A DNA stretch of 31,669 nt from Candidatus Krumholzibacteriia bacterium (GTDB lineage: Bacteria; Krumholzibacteriota; Krumholzibacteriia; LZORAL124-64-63). The DNA is taken from assembly GCA_030643455.1 (NCBI GenBank), contig DAOWLV010000001.1:1-31669 (forward strand). Reading direction: 5' to 3'. Position 1 is the stretch's first letter; each line of letters begins with the position of its first letter. Positions 9,998-19,125 of this stretch are shown one piece after another. The notes under the pieces were generated by a model. The model was not told where the DNA came from. It searched no databases and was given only the letters and a program-made list of their open reading frames with translations. The translations under genes and the position numbers were made by a program.

Positions 9998-11280
9998 AAA
10001 TTTTCAGCGCCATGGCAGTCCTTCTGGTCATCTGGATGGTCCCGGGTGGCCGGGCTGCCGCAGCACCGGACCCCAACCCGGAAATCCTCAAGGCCCGCGC
10101 GGTCGTCCTGACGGATCCGGCCCTGGCCGGCCGGGCCAGTGGAACCCCCGAGGCCGAGGCCGCCGCTGACACCCTCGCGGCCTGGATGGAGAGCCTGGGC
10201 CTGGAGCCTGCCTTCGACGGGTCCTGGTTCCAGGAGGTTCCCCTGTCCGGTCAAGGCTGGGCCGGTGAGGAACTCGGCGGGAAAACGGGACGCAACGTCG
10301 CGGGCATCCTGCGTGGAAGCGGCCGTCTGGCCGACCGTTTCGTGGTGGTCGGGGCACACTATGATCACCTTGGCCGGGTGACTCCCGCTGATGGTCCGGC
10401 GCCGCCGCCAGCCCGGGGCGATTATTACCCGGGCGCCAACGACAACGCCTCCGGGGTCTCGGTGGTTTTCGAGTTGATCCGTCTGGCGGAAGCGAACCGG
10501 GACGATTCCGGTGACAGGCGCGGCGTGCTGTTCGTTAATTTCGTCGGCGAGGAGGTCGGTCTGCAGGGGTCCGGGTACATGGTGTCCCATCTGCCGGTCG
10601 CGATCGACAGCGTGGATGCCATGATCAATTTCGACACCGTCGGGCAGCTGACCGAAAACCGTTTGCATGTCAGCGGAGTGGGAACCACCGCATCCTTCCC
10701 CGTCATGGTTGATGCCGCAAATACGGGAGGACTGGATCTTTCCCTGGCCCAGGGCGGATGGTCCGGCAGTGACCACATGTCCTTCAACACCCGGGAGATT
10801 CCCGTCCTCTTCATCTTCGGCGGGGCATATCCCGAATACAACCGCCCGGCCGACGACTGGTCCACCCTCGATTTCGAGGCCATGGCCATGGTGACAGCCT
10901 ATTCAGGGCGCCTGCTTCACATCATCCGGAATGAGCCCGGGAATCTGCCCTGGATCATGGTCGCCCAGAAGAATCTCCGTCAGGGTGACGGCGAGGGCCA
11001 GAACCGCGACACCTGGTTCGGGTCTCTTCCCGATTTTACCGAAGAGATCGTCGGGTACAAGCTGGCCGGGGTCTTCGACGGCAGTCCGGCCGCCCAGGCT
11101 GGTCTGCAGAAAGGGGATGTTCTGGTCATGCTCGGCGGAGAGGCGGTAGAGGATCTGGCGACCTTCACCATGGCTCTTCGTTCCCATGCGCCGGGCGACC
11201 TGGTCGAAGTCCGGGTCGAGCGCGGTGAGCGGACCCTGAATTTCACGGTGGTTCTGGGGAATCGCGCGGACCGGAAATAA
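9994..11280 (+). CDS. Secreted M28-family metallopeptidase with C-terminal PDZ domain
   Basis: Signal peptide; GAHYDHLG, PGANDNASG, GEEVGLQGS, INFD and SDH motifs; C-terminal FGSLPD...SPAAQAGLQKGDVLV PDZ; ATGA overlap at 9994-9997. Confidence 0.88.
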   Translation: MKIFSAMAVLLVIWMVPGGRAAAAPDPNPEILKARAVVLTDPALAGRASGTPEAEAAADTLAAWMESLGLEPAFDGSWFQEVPLSGQGWAGEELGGKTGRNVAGILRGSGRLADRFVVVGAHYDHLGRVTPADGPAPPPARGDYYPGANDNASGVSVVFELIRLAEANRDDSGDRRGVLFVNFVGEEVGLQGSGYMVSHLPVAIDSVDAMINFDTVGQLTENRLHVSGVGTTASFPVMVDAANTGGLDLSLAQGGWSGSDHMSFNTREIPVLFIFGGAYPEYNRPADDWSTLDFEAMAMVTAYSGRLLHIIRNEPGNLPWIMVAQKNLRQGDGEGQNRDTWFGSLPDFTEEIVGYKLAGVFDGSPAAQAGLQKGDVLVMLGGEAVEDLATFTMALRSHAPGDLVEVRVERGERTLNFTVVLGNRADRK

Positions 11281-11293
11281 AAGACCGCCAGGG

Positions 11294-12244
11294 TCACAGG
11301 CGAGGCATCACATGGCACTCGGGACAGTCAAAGGCCCTTTCTCGCCCGCCTGGTTCGACGTGTACGAACACCCTGGCCACCCGCTCCACATCCTGTCGGA
11401 CCCGGTCCTCCACGGCGTGGGCGATGTTGTGGGCCGACTCGATGGTATGGTCCGGATGAACCGCGATCCGCACATCGGCCATGAACCATGATCCCCTCTG
11501 CCTGACCTGCAGGTCACGCACTTCCTGAACGCATGTCACCGCAAGGGCGGCGCCTCGTATCTCACCCAGAAGTTCCTCGTCTGGCATGGTGTCCATCAGG
11601 GCCATGACGTTTTCCCTCATCAGATCCCAGCCCATCTTGAGAATGAAGAGGGAGATGACCAGGGCGCCGACGCTGTCCAGGAATGGCCAGCCCAGCATGG
11701 CCCCGCCGATGCCGGCGGCCGCTGCCAGCGAACTGATGGCATCGGAGCGGTGCATGGTGCCGTTGGCCAGCAGTGCGGGACTGCCGTGCAACCTTCCGAC
11801 GAACAGGGTGTAGCGGGCCATGACCTCCTTGATGATCACTGCCACGAGGGAGGCCACCAGGGCAGGGGATCTGGGATGGAGGTAGGTGCCATTGATGAAA
11901 TTCATGATGGCGTCCCGGCCGATCATCACGGCCGTAAACAGCATGAACAGGGCAACCAGGGTGGCGCCGAGGGTTTCGAAACTGTGGTGTCCGTAGGGAT
12001 GGTTCTTGTCCGGCGGACGGGTGGAGGCCTTCAGGGCCAACAGGATCCCCACGTCGCTGAGCACATCAGCCAAGCTGTGGAAACCGTCTGCGACCAGGGC
12101 CGCTGAACCGGCGAACACCCCGAAGGCTAGCTTGCCGCCTGACAAAAGGATGTTCCCGAAAAGACCGACGGTCGTGCAGACCATCGGTCGCAACCAGGGA
12201 GATTCCCGGCGTATCGGTTGACTGGCCTCGGCGGGTCCAGTCAT
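11294..12244 (-). CDS. Cation diffusion facilitator (FieF/MamM-like) metal transporter
   Basis: ALVADGFHSLAD, PPDKNHPYGH, HRSDAISS, multiple TM segments and a C-terminal ZT-dimer-like domain (AHNIAHAVE...VFVHVEP). Confidence 0.92.
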   Translation of the reverse strand: MTGPAEASQPIRRESPWLRPMVCTTVGLFGNILLSGGKLAFGVFAGSAALVADGFHSLADVLSDVGILLALKASTRPPDKNHPYGHHSFETLGATLVALFMLFTAVMIGRDAIMNFINGTYLHPRSPALVASLVAVIIKEVMARYTLFVGRLHGSPALLANGTMHRSDAISSLAAAAGIGGAMLGWPFLDSVGALVISLFILKMGWDLMRENVMALMDTMPDEELLGEIRGAALAVTCVQEVRDLQVRQRGSWFMADVRIAVHPDHTIESAHNIAHAVEDRVRQDVERVARVFVHVEPGGRERAFDCPECHVMPRL

Positions 12245-12245
12245 T

Positions 12246-14056
12246 TCAGTCGTCTTCCCCGTCCAGGGGAGCGGGGTACATTGTGTCGATGATTTTCTTG
12301 TACTTCGCGTTGATGGCGAATCTCTTGATCTTCATGGTCGGGGTCAGTTCACCGTCATCCAGTGTGAATTCCCGCTCCAGGAGGGTGAATTTCCTGATCT
12401 GGCTGAAACCGGGCAGATCCTCGTTCATCTCGTTCAGGATGCTGTCGAACAGTGCATTGACCTCGGGATGGCGGACCAGGTCGGCAGGGCTCATCTCGCT
12501 GATTCCCTTGCTCGCGGCAAAATCCTGCAGTGTCTCGAAATTGGGCACGATCAGGGCGGAGAGGAACTGGCGGCGGTCCCCGATGATCACGGTCTGAATC
12601 ACATACTTGTTGGTGACGTACCGGTTCTCGATGGGCTGGGGAGCAATGTTCTTCCCCCCGGCTGTCACGATCAGGTCTTTTTTTCTGTCGGTGATGAACA
12701 GGAAACCGTCCGCGTCGAGATGGCCGATGTCGCCGGTGGCCAGCCAACCATCGTCGTCGAGAACTTCGCGGGTGGCGGCTTCGTTCTTGTAGTACTCGAG
12801 CATGATCTGGGGTCCCCGGGCCATGATCTCCCCATCTTCGGCGATCTTGATTTCCGTAGCGGGGATCGCCTTGCCCACGCTGCCGTAACGGAAATTCTCG
12901 AAGGTGTTCGCCGTCAGGATGGGGGATGTTTCGGTCAATCCGTAACCTTCCAGGATGTTCAGTCCCGCCCCGTTGAAGAACTGGTTGATCTTCATGTTGA
13001 GGGGAGCGCCGCCGGAAATCATCATCTGGATCTTGCCACCCAGCTTGGCGCGCAGCTTGGAGAACACCAGCTTGTCCGCCACGGCGTATTTGAATTTGAA
13101 CAAGGCTCCGGGTTCCGGGCCGTCTACCTTCATCTTGGCCTGTTGGATCGCGATGTCCCTGGCCCAGAAAAAGATGTTCTTCTTGGGGAAACCCGCACCC
13201 GAGGCGGTGGTAATGGCCTTGGCGTAGATCTTCTCGTACAGACGGGGCACGCTGATCATGAAGGTCGGATGGACGTCCATGATGTCCTGGGGTACGGATT
13301 CCATTTTTTCTGCATAAGCGATGCCCGCGCCAACGGAGAGCATGGTGAACAGGCCGCCCATCCTTTCCAGGACGTGGCTCAAAGGGAGGAAAGACAGGCA
13401 ACGGTCAGCCGAACTGATCGGCACCTGGTCCCTGACGTTCAGCACGTTGGAAACGAAGTTCCAGTGGGAAAGGACCACACCCTTGGGTTTGCCCGTTGTG
13501 CCGGAGGTGTAGATGATGCTGCAGGGGGAATCCTTGTCCATGGTGACGCATTCGTCCCGCGGGGCCGGGGGATTGGCTTCGAGCAGGTTCTGCCCGATCT
13601 GCTTCAGCTTGTCCAGGGTCATGATGTCGGGAAGGCCGGTCCGGTCGAAGGAAATCACATCCCGCAAGGAGGGGAGCCGGTCACGGATCTGATGAATCTT
13701 GGCCGCCTGTTCTTCGGTGGAGACGAAAATCGCCACGGGTTCGGATTCACCGAGAATGTATTCGATGGTGTCCGTCAACAGCGTGGGGTAGATGGGCACA
13801 GTGACGGCGCCGGCGCATAGGCTGCCCAGGTCGGCCAGGCCCATTCGATCCGGTTTTCCGAAAGCAGAGCCACCTTGTCGCCAGGCTGGACTCCCAGGGA
13901 TTTCAGGCCCATGCGCAGGGCCTTGACCCGGCGTAAGGCTTCCTCGCTGGAAACGTCCACGTACTGGCCCGAATCGTCCCGGTAGGAAAAGCAGTCGGGC
14001 CGGGGATTTTCCCGAACCGCGGTGAGGAAGAGTTCTGGAATGGTCTGAACGGACAT
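12246..14056 (-). pseudogene. Long-chain-fatty-acid--CoA ligase (AMP-dependent synthetase) with a 1-nt frameshift near 13838
   Basis: The N-terminus MSVQTIPELF...VALLSENRIEWA (ATG 14056, GGAG RBS) is in one frame. LADLGSLCAGAVTVPIY, IYTSGTTGKPKGV, EGYGLTET, WLATGDIG and ITDRKKDLIVTAGGKNIAP are in another. Restoring one base gives 603 aa. Could be a sequencing error. Confidence 0.85.
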
Positions 14057-14192
14057 GGGCCTCTCCTTGTCGTCTCCCGTACCGGGGTTGCCTTGATAAC
14101 GAATAACGGTCACAATGCTTACTCCCGGACCCTTGATTTGTCAACGGGTACCGTTTGCGCCACATCCCCTCACCGTTTGGGAGTTTCGATTC

Positions 14193-15449
14193 TTGAAGCT
14201 CGATCTTCCCGCCGATGTTTTCCTTTCCGGTAGTCCTGAACTGTTCCGGTCCCTTCTGCTGTCCTGGTTCGATCGCCACAAGCGGCCGTTGCCGTGGCGC
14301 CTGCGAAGGTCCCTGTACGGGACCTGGATTTCCGAGGTGATGCTCCAGCAGACAACCGTCGCGGTGGTGGTTCCCTACTGGGAAAAATTCATGGCGGCTT
14401 TCCCCGACGTTCGGGCCCTCGCGGGCGCGGACACGGAGGAAGTCTTGTCCCTGTGGTCGGGGTTGGGGTATTACCGGCGGGCCCATCAGCTGCACCAGGC
14501 CGCCAAGACGGTGGTTTCCCGCAGGGGAGGGAAACTTCCGGATGACAGGGAGGGATGGCGGGATTTGCCCGGGATCGGACCCTATACCAGCGGCGCCATT
14601 GCCGGTATCGGTCTGGGTATGCGAGTGCCTGCCCTGGATGCCAACGCCCGGCGGGTCCTGACCCGCTGGCTCGTCGCCCGCCCGCAGGCGTTGGACGATT
14701 TGCGGCCCGCGCACCTGGACATGATCGGCGCGCAGATGGTGGACGAGGATCGCCCGGGTGACTGGAACGAAGCGGTGATGGAACTGGGGGCCCTGATCTG
14801 CCGGGCTTCAACTCCCCAGTGTGCCGCATGTCCGGTCAGGGATCTGTGCCGGGCCGGTAGCGCCGGGACAGGGGATCTGATCCCTGCGCCCAGGATTTCC
14901 GCCGAGACGATTCGGGTTCAACTGGGGTTGCTGGTTCTCGCCTGGAGGGATCGGGTCCTCCTGATGCGGCCCGCCAGTGGCCCCGTCTTTGTTCCGGAGG
15001 GAAGTCCTGCACCGGTCAGACGGGATGTTTCGGGTCTGCACAAGGGTATGTGGGGGCTACCGTCGACTCCCTGGCTGCCCGATCTTCCTGGGGAGCGGGC
15101 CATCTGGCCGGGCACTGTCTGGCGACCGTGGCTGGATGCCATCGACGGCCTGGAGCTTTCTGCCGGGGGACCAGACCCCGCCCACCTTGGGAATTTCCGC
15201 CACTCCATCACCAGGTACCGAATTGAAGTCAAGGTGTACGGATTGCGGTTGTCCGGCACCGACTCCCTGGATTGTGACGACCTGCTCGTCCCCGTTATTT
15301 CCCGTCCCGATGGTGGGATTTCAGTATCCAAAACGGTTACTGAAGGTATGCTCCAGACGGCAAGATTTTGTCGCTGGCCGCCCGTTGATCAGCCGGTTTC
15401 GAACTTGGTGAACAAGAGTCTTGTTGTCGCTTCCAAGAGCATCGTTTGA
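14193..15449 (+). CDS. mutY: A/G-specific adenine glycosylase MutY
   Basis: RPLPWR, WISEVMLQQT, WSGLGYYRRA, HhH LPGIGPYTSGAI, LDAN, Fe-S motif C-X6-C-X2-C-X5-C and a NUDIX-like C-terminus. Start uncertain: TTG 14193 with GGGAG upstream; the ORF is open from 14115. Confidence 0.92.
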   Translation: MKLDLPADVFLSGSPELFRSLLLSWFDRHKRPLPWRLRRSLYGTWISEVMLQQTTVAVVVPYWEKFMAAFPDVRALAGADTEEVLSLWSGLGYYRRAHQLHQAAKTVVSRRGGKLPDDREGWRDLPGIGPYTSGAIAGIGLGMRVPALDANARRVLTRWLVARPQALDDLRPAHLDMIGAQMVDEDRPGDWNEAVMELGALICRASTPQCAACPVRDLCRAGSAGTGDLIPAPRISAETIRVQLGLLVLAWRDRVLLMRPASGPVFVPEGSPAPVRRDVSGLHKGMWGLPSTPWLPDLPGERAIWPGTVWRPWLDAIDGLELSAGGPDPAHLGNFRHSITRYRIEVKVYGLRLSGTDSLDCDDLLVPVISRPDGGISVSKTVTEGMLQTARFCRWPPVDQPVSNLVNKSLVVASKSIV

Positions 15450-15524
15450 CAACAATCCCTTTATGGTCCTTTTTTGTCCCAGGGAGATGCTCAAGTCCAG
15501 GGTCACGCCAAGGAAAGGTCCCAG

Positions 15525-15923
15525 ATGCTGCAGATAACCAGACAGACCGAATATGCGATCCGAGGTCTTCAGGAACTCGCCCGTCGAAACGATTCGGCGC
15601 CCGTCCAACTCAAACTCATCGCCGGTACCTGCCAGGTTTCCGAGGCCTTTCTCGCCAAGATCTTCCAGATGCTGGCCCAGGCCGGTATTGTCAAATCCCA
15701 TCGCGGCGTCAAGGGGGGCTTCAGTCTGGGCCGGCCCGCCGAAGAGATCACCCTGCGTGAAATTGTCGAAATCTGCGAAGGCGGCATCATGCTGAACCAT
15801 TGCCTGCGCAAGGTCGATCCCTGCCAGGATGCCGACACCTGTTCCATCGCCCACGTCTGGCGGGAAGCCCAGGACGCGTTGACCGGCGCCCTGGACAAGA
15901 CGACCCTGGCCGACGTCCTCTGA
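15525..15923 (+). CDS. Rrf2-family transcriptional regulator with three C-terminal Cys (probable Fe-S sensor)
   Basis: MLQITRQTEYAIR, FLAKIFQMLAQAGIVKSHRGVKGGFSL, and C-X6-C-X5-C (NHCLRKVDPCQDADTC); ATG 15525 preceded by AGGAAAGG. Confidence 0.92.
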   Translation: MLQITRQTEYAIRGLQELARRNDSAPVQLKLIAGTCQVSEAFLAKIFQMLAQAGIVKSHRGVKGGFSLGRPAEEITLREIVEICEGGIMLNHCLRKVDPCQDADTCSIAHVWREAQDALTGALDKTTLADVL

Positions 15924-15991
15924 CCGGCCCGTTCCCTCACTGAAACCCCTCAATAGGGAGGGGTCTTCCCCCCGGGTGAAAACAAGCAGGA

Positions 15992-17050
15992 TCAGGTCTT
16001 GAGCCTCCGCCGCCTCAACTGGCCACAGGCCGCGGCGATGTCGCGGCCTCCACTGGTCCGCACAAAAGTGTCCACTCCTGCATCGGTCAGGATCTGTCGG
16101 AAAGCCTGGATGCCCTTTTCGTCGGGGGGAAGGAGATTGGCGTCGTCCAGGGGGTTCATGGGGATGAGGTTGACCTTGATCGGTTTTCCGCGCAGCAGCG
16201 TGGCCAGGCGTTCCGCCTGGCCAGGGTCGTCAGTGCTTCCGGCGATCAGGACCCAGGCCACGGTGGCTCGCCGCCGGGTGCCGCGGGCATAACGAACGGC
16301 CAGGTCGAGGGCTTCGGAGATCGACGTACGTCCCGGAACCGGCATGACGGCCCTGCGCTCCTCGTCGGTGCTGCCACCGAGGCTGAGTGTCAACCCGACC
16401 CCGGGATTGGCGGCCACCAGCTTCCGCAAGCCTTCGCCGGGACCACTGGTGGAGATCTGAATCCTCCGGCTGGACATGGCCAGGCCCCGCCCATCCATCA
16501 TCACGACCAGGCTGGGTGCGACCTCTTCCCAGTTGTCCAGGGGTTCCCCCATTCCCATATAAACGACATTGAACTGGCGATCACCCGATTCCGGAACCGG
16601 CTCCGCCTGGATGTCCGCGCGCAGGCGCAATACCTGTTCCAGGATTTCTCCGGCCTCCAGATTCCGCACCAGGCCGCCCCTGGAGGTGGCGCAGAATCGG
16701 CAGGCCATGGCGCATCCCACCTGGGTCGAGATGCAGAAGGTGACATGTTCCCCCATGGGAATGGTTACGCTTTCGACGGTGGCGCCGTCCCGCAGCCGGA
16801 ACAGGAATTTGCGGGTGCCATCGCTCGATACCTGGCGTTCGACGAGATCCAGCCCCACGAGATCGAACCTGCTGGCCAGGTCCAGACGCATGGCCACCGG
16901 CAGGTTGGTCATCGTCTCCCAGGTGAGCGCTCCCTGGGCGAACAACCAGTCCGCCAGTTGGTCGAACCTGTAGGAAGGCAGACCGGCGGTGGCGACCAGG
17001 CCGGAGAGGTCGCCGGGAACCAGGGAACGCAGGAGGGGTTTGTATTCCAT
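15992..17050 (-). CDS. rlmN: Dual-specificity RNA methyltransferase RlmN (radical SAM)
   Basis: SSDGTRKFLF, CISTQVGCAMACRFC (CxxxCxxC), VVYMGMGEPL, NLIPMNP and C-terminal GRDIAAACGQL. Confidence 0.93.
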   Translation of the reverse strand: MEYKPLLRSLVPGDLSGLVATAGLPSYRFDQLADWLFAQGALTWETMTNLPVAMRLDLASRFDLVGLDLVERQVSSDGTRKFLFRLRDGATVESVTIPMGEHVTFCISTQVGCAMACRFCATSRGGLVRNLEAGEILEQVLRLRADIQAEPVPESGDRQFNVVYMGMGEPLDNWEEVAPSLVVMMDGRGLAMSSRRIQISTSGPGEGLRKLVAANPGVGLTLSLGGSTDEERRAVMPVPGRTSISEALDLAVRYARGTRRRATVAWVLIAGSTDDPGQAERLATLLRGKPIKVNLIPMNPLDDANLLPPDEKGIQAFRQILTDAGVDTFVRTSGGRDIAAACGQLRRRRLKT

Positions 17051-17220
17051 CGGTCATTCCTCGTTCAGGGGTGCGGGCCGCAACCTCAGGCGAGTACCGG
17101 TCGCCTCTTGACACCCGCTCACCAACCGGTGCAAGTTATGAAGGCAGGCTCGCCCGGCCACGTCAATAACCTACCGGCGACCTGAACACGCAAGCCGTCG
17201 CTTTCGAAAAGGGAAGACCA

Positions 17221-18582
17221 TTGAAAACGGTCCTGATCATTGACGATGAAATCGCCATCAGGGAAACCCTCGAGCAGATTCTTTCCTATGAGGGCTATGA
17301 GGTCAAAAAAGCCGGGTCCGGGCCAGATGGGTTGGCCGTGGTGGCGTCCTCGGCTCCGGACATCATCCTTTTGGATATCAAGATGCCCGGCATGGACGGA
17401 TTCGAGGTTCTCGAGCGTCTGGCAGCCGATGGCCATCATATCCCCGTGATCGTCATTTCCGGTCACGGCAATATCGAAACGGCCGTCGAGGCCGTGCGCA
17501 AGGGTGCCTACGACTTTCTGGAAAAACCCCTGGACAGGTCACGCCTGCTGGTGACTCTGACCAATTGCCTGGACCATCAGGAGGTGCTGTCGGACCGGCG
17601 GATTCTCCAGAAACAGACGTGGGCGTCCCATCCCCTGGTGGGGGCCAGCCGGGGCATGCAGGAAGTCAAGGCCTTCATCGGCAAGGTCGCCCCCAGCGAG
17701 GCCACTGTCCTGATCACCGGGGAGAACGGCACGGGAAAGGAACTGGTGGTCCGCGCGATCCACCAGTCCAGCTCCCGTCGTGATCGTCCCCTGGTGGAGG
17801 TCAATTGTGCCGCCATTCCCCGCGATCTGGTGGAAAGCGAACTGTTCGGGCATGAAAAAGGGAGTTTCACGGGCGCCGACAAGCAGAGGATCGGGAAATT
17901 CGAACTGGCAGACGGAGGCATCCTGTTCCTGGACGAGATCGGCGACATGAACGAAGAGGCCCAGGCCAAGGTCCTCAAGGCGGTGGAGGAGAACAGGTTC
18001 CAGCGGGTCGGGGGAGGGGATACCAAGGTGGTGGATGTCCGTATCGTGGCGGCCACCAACCGTGATCTGTCCTCCCCGGATTCCGGTTTTCGTCAGGATC
18101 TCTTCTTCCGCCTGAATGTCCTCTCCATTCATCTTCCTCCCCTGCGGGAAAGGGAAGAGGATATTGACCTGTTGCTGGACTGGTTCATGGCTGATCTGGC
18201 CTCCCATTTGAAAACCAAACCCCGTCGTTTTGATTCCGACACACTGGCGATCCTGCGGGAATACTCCTGGCCGGGAAATGTCCGGGAATTACGTAACCTG
18301 GTGGAAAGACTGTTGATCCTGGCCCCGAATGAGGTCATCAGGCCTGCCGATTTGCCAGTGCTGCCGGGTGCTGCCCAGGAAGCGGCCCGCCAGTCGTTCT
18401 TCTTCGACTGCACCGACTTCCAGACCTTCAAATCCGAAAGTGAGGGGGCTTTTCTTCAACACAAGTTGAAGGAAAACCTGTACAATGTAAGCAAGACGTC
18501 CGAGGCGCTGGGAATGCAACGAAGCAACCTCTACAAGAAGATCACGAAGTACGGCCTGCGCACCCAGCCCGAATCGGTTTGA
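17221..18582 (+). CDS. Sigma-54-dependent response regulator (REC-AAA+-HTH, NtrC/NtrX/ZraR-like)
   Basis: REC (LIIDDE, LLDIKMPGMDG, FLEKP); AAA+ GENGTGKE, ESELFGHEKGSFTGA, LFLDEIG, FRQDLFFRL and WPGNVRELRN; Fis-type HTH. No cognate kinase in the window. Confidence 0.95.
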   Translation: MKTVLIIDDEIAIRETLEQILSYEGYEVKKAGSGPDGLAVVASSAPDIILLDIKMPGMDGFEVLERLAADGHHIPVIVISGHGNIETAVEAVRKGAYDFLEKPLDRSRLLVTLTNCLDHQEVLSDRRILQKQTWASHPLVGASRGMQEVKAFIGKVAPSEATVLITGENGTGKELVVRAIHQSSSRRDRPLVEVNCAAIPRDLVESELFGHEKGSFTGADKQRIGKFELADGGILFLDEIGDMNEEAQAKVLKAVEENRFQRVGGGDTKVVDVRIVAATNRDLSSPDSGFRQDLFFRLNVLSIHLPPLREREEDIDLLLDWFMADLASHLKTKPRRFDSDTLAILREYSWPGNVRELRNLVERLLILAPNEVIRPADLPVLPGAAQEAARQSFFFDCTDFQTFKSESEGAFLQHKLKENLYNVSKTSEALGMQRSNLYKKITKYGLRTQPESV

Positions 18583-18638
18583 AATCGGGATGAATTCGAA
18601 ATGGGTTGACGTCTGAGCCCTGGATCCGTAAATAAAGA

Positions 18639-18652
18639 GGATAGGTAGTTGC
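18639..18652 (+). promoter_or_regulatory. Weak candidate sigma-54 -24/-12 promoter upstream of the small secreted protein gene
   Basis: GG(18639-40)-N10-GC(18651-52) with a perfect TTGC -12 element, but a poor -24 element (AGGATAG vs TGGCACG). A TTGACG at 18606 with a weak -10 is an alternative. Confidence 0.3.
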
Positions 18653-18731
18653 GCTCGCGGCTCCTGCGGCATGTTCGGGAGCCAGGCGGGTATCATTCGT
18701 TAGACGGGGTGTTGTGTTGAAGGAGAAGAAC

Positions 18732-19043
18732 ATGAAAAAGAATCTTTTGGTTCTGGTTCTTCTGGTGACGTGGTCGCTATTGTCCATTTCCTCGCTTTCG
18801 TCCGCGGCTATTGCGGGCGAAGATCTGGATTTACCCGAGTGGTCTTCCCCCAATGGTCCCATCGTTGAGGTCAATGGGGCCGGCGATGACGATTCCGGGG
18901 GTGATCCTGGAGACGCCGGAGACGGTTACGGGGTTACTGATCAGGGCCTTGGTGGGAACCAGGGCGGATGCGATGGTGCGGACGATTCGACCCTTGATGA
19001 GTTTATGCTCATCCTGATGTCATTGGTCCAGCTGGCTCTTTAG
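18732..19043 (+). CDS. Small secreted Gly/Asp-rich protein (103 aa) with hydrophobic C-terminus; candidate signalling-peptide precursor
   Basis: AAGGAG RBS 6 nt before the ATG; Sec signal MKKNLLVLVLLVTWSLLSISSLSSA; acidic Gly-rich core (DDDSGGDPGDAGDGYG); C-terminal DEFMLILMSLVQLAL. Confidence 0.8.
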   Translation: MKKNLLVLVLLVTWSLLSISSLSSAAIAGEDLDLPEWSSPNGPIVEVNGAGDDDSGGDPGDAGDGYGVTDQGLGGNQGGCDGADDSTLDEFMLILMSLVQLAL

Positions 19044-19066
19044 GGTTGCCCATGGTGGGCGGCCCT
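19042..19066 (+). other. Intercistronic RNA hairpin without a U-tract
   Basis: AGGGTTGCCCA-TGG-TGGGCGGCCCT: 11-bp stem including 2 G-U pairs, starting in the stop codon of the small gene; not followed by poly-T. Confidence 0.55.
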
Positions 19067-19125
19067 GAAGCCGGGACAAATAATTTGCTGTCACCGGTCC
19101 ACTTCCTCGCCGAGGGATACGGTTG

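Noticed and set aside
14057-14714. N-terminal extension of the 822-aa ORF 12246-14714
   Set aside because: Produced by the frameshift; it overlaps mutY on the opposite strand. The real start is ATG 14056 in another frame.
15446-15478. TTGACA and a GACAA/TTGTC inverted repeat upstream of the Rrf2 gene
   Set aside because: No -10 element at proper spacing and the repeat arms are only 5 bp; insufficient to call a promoter or operator.
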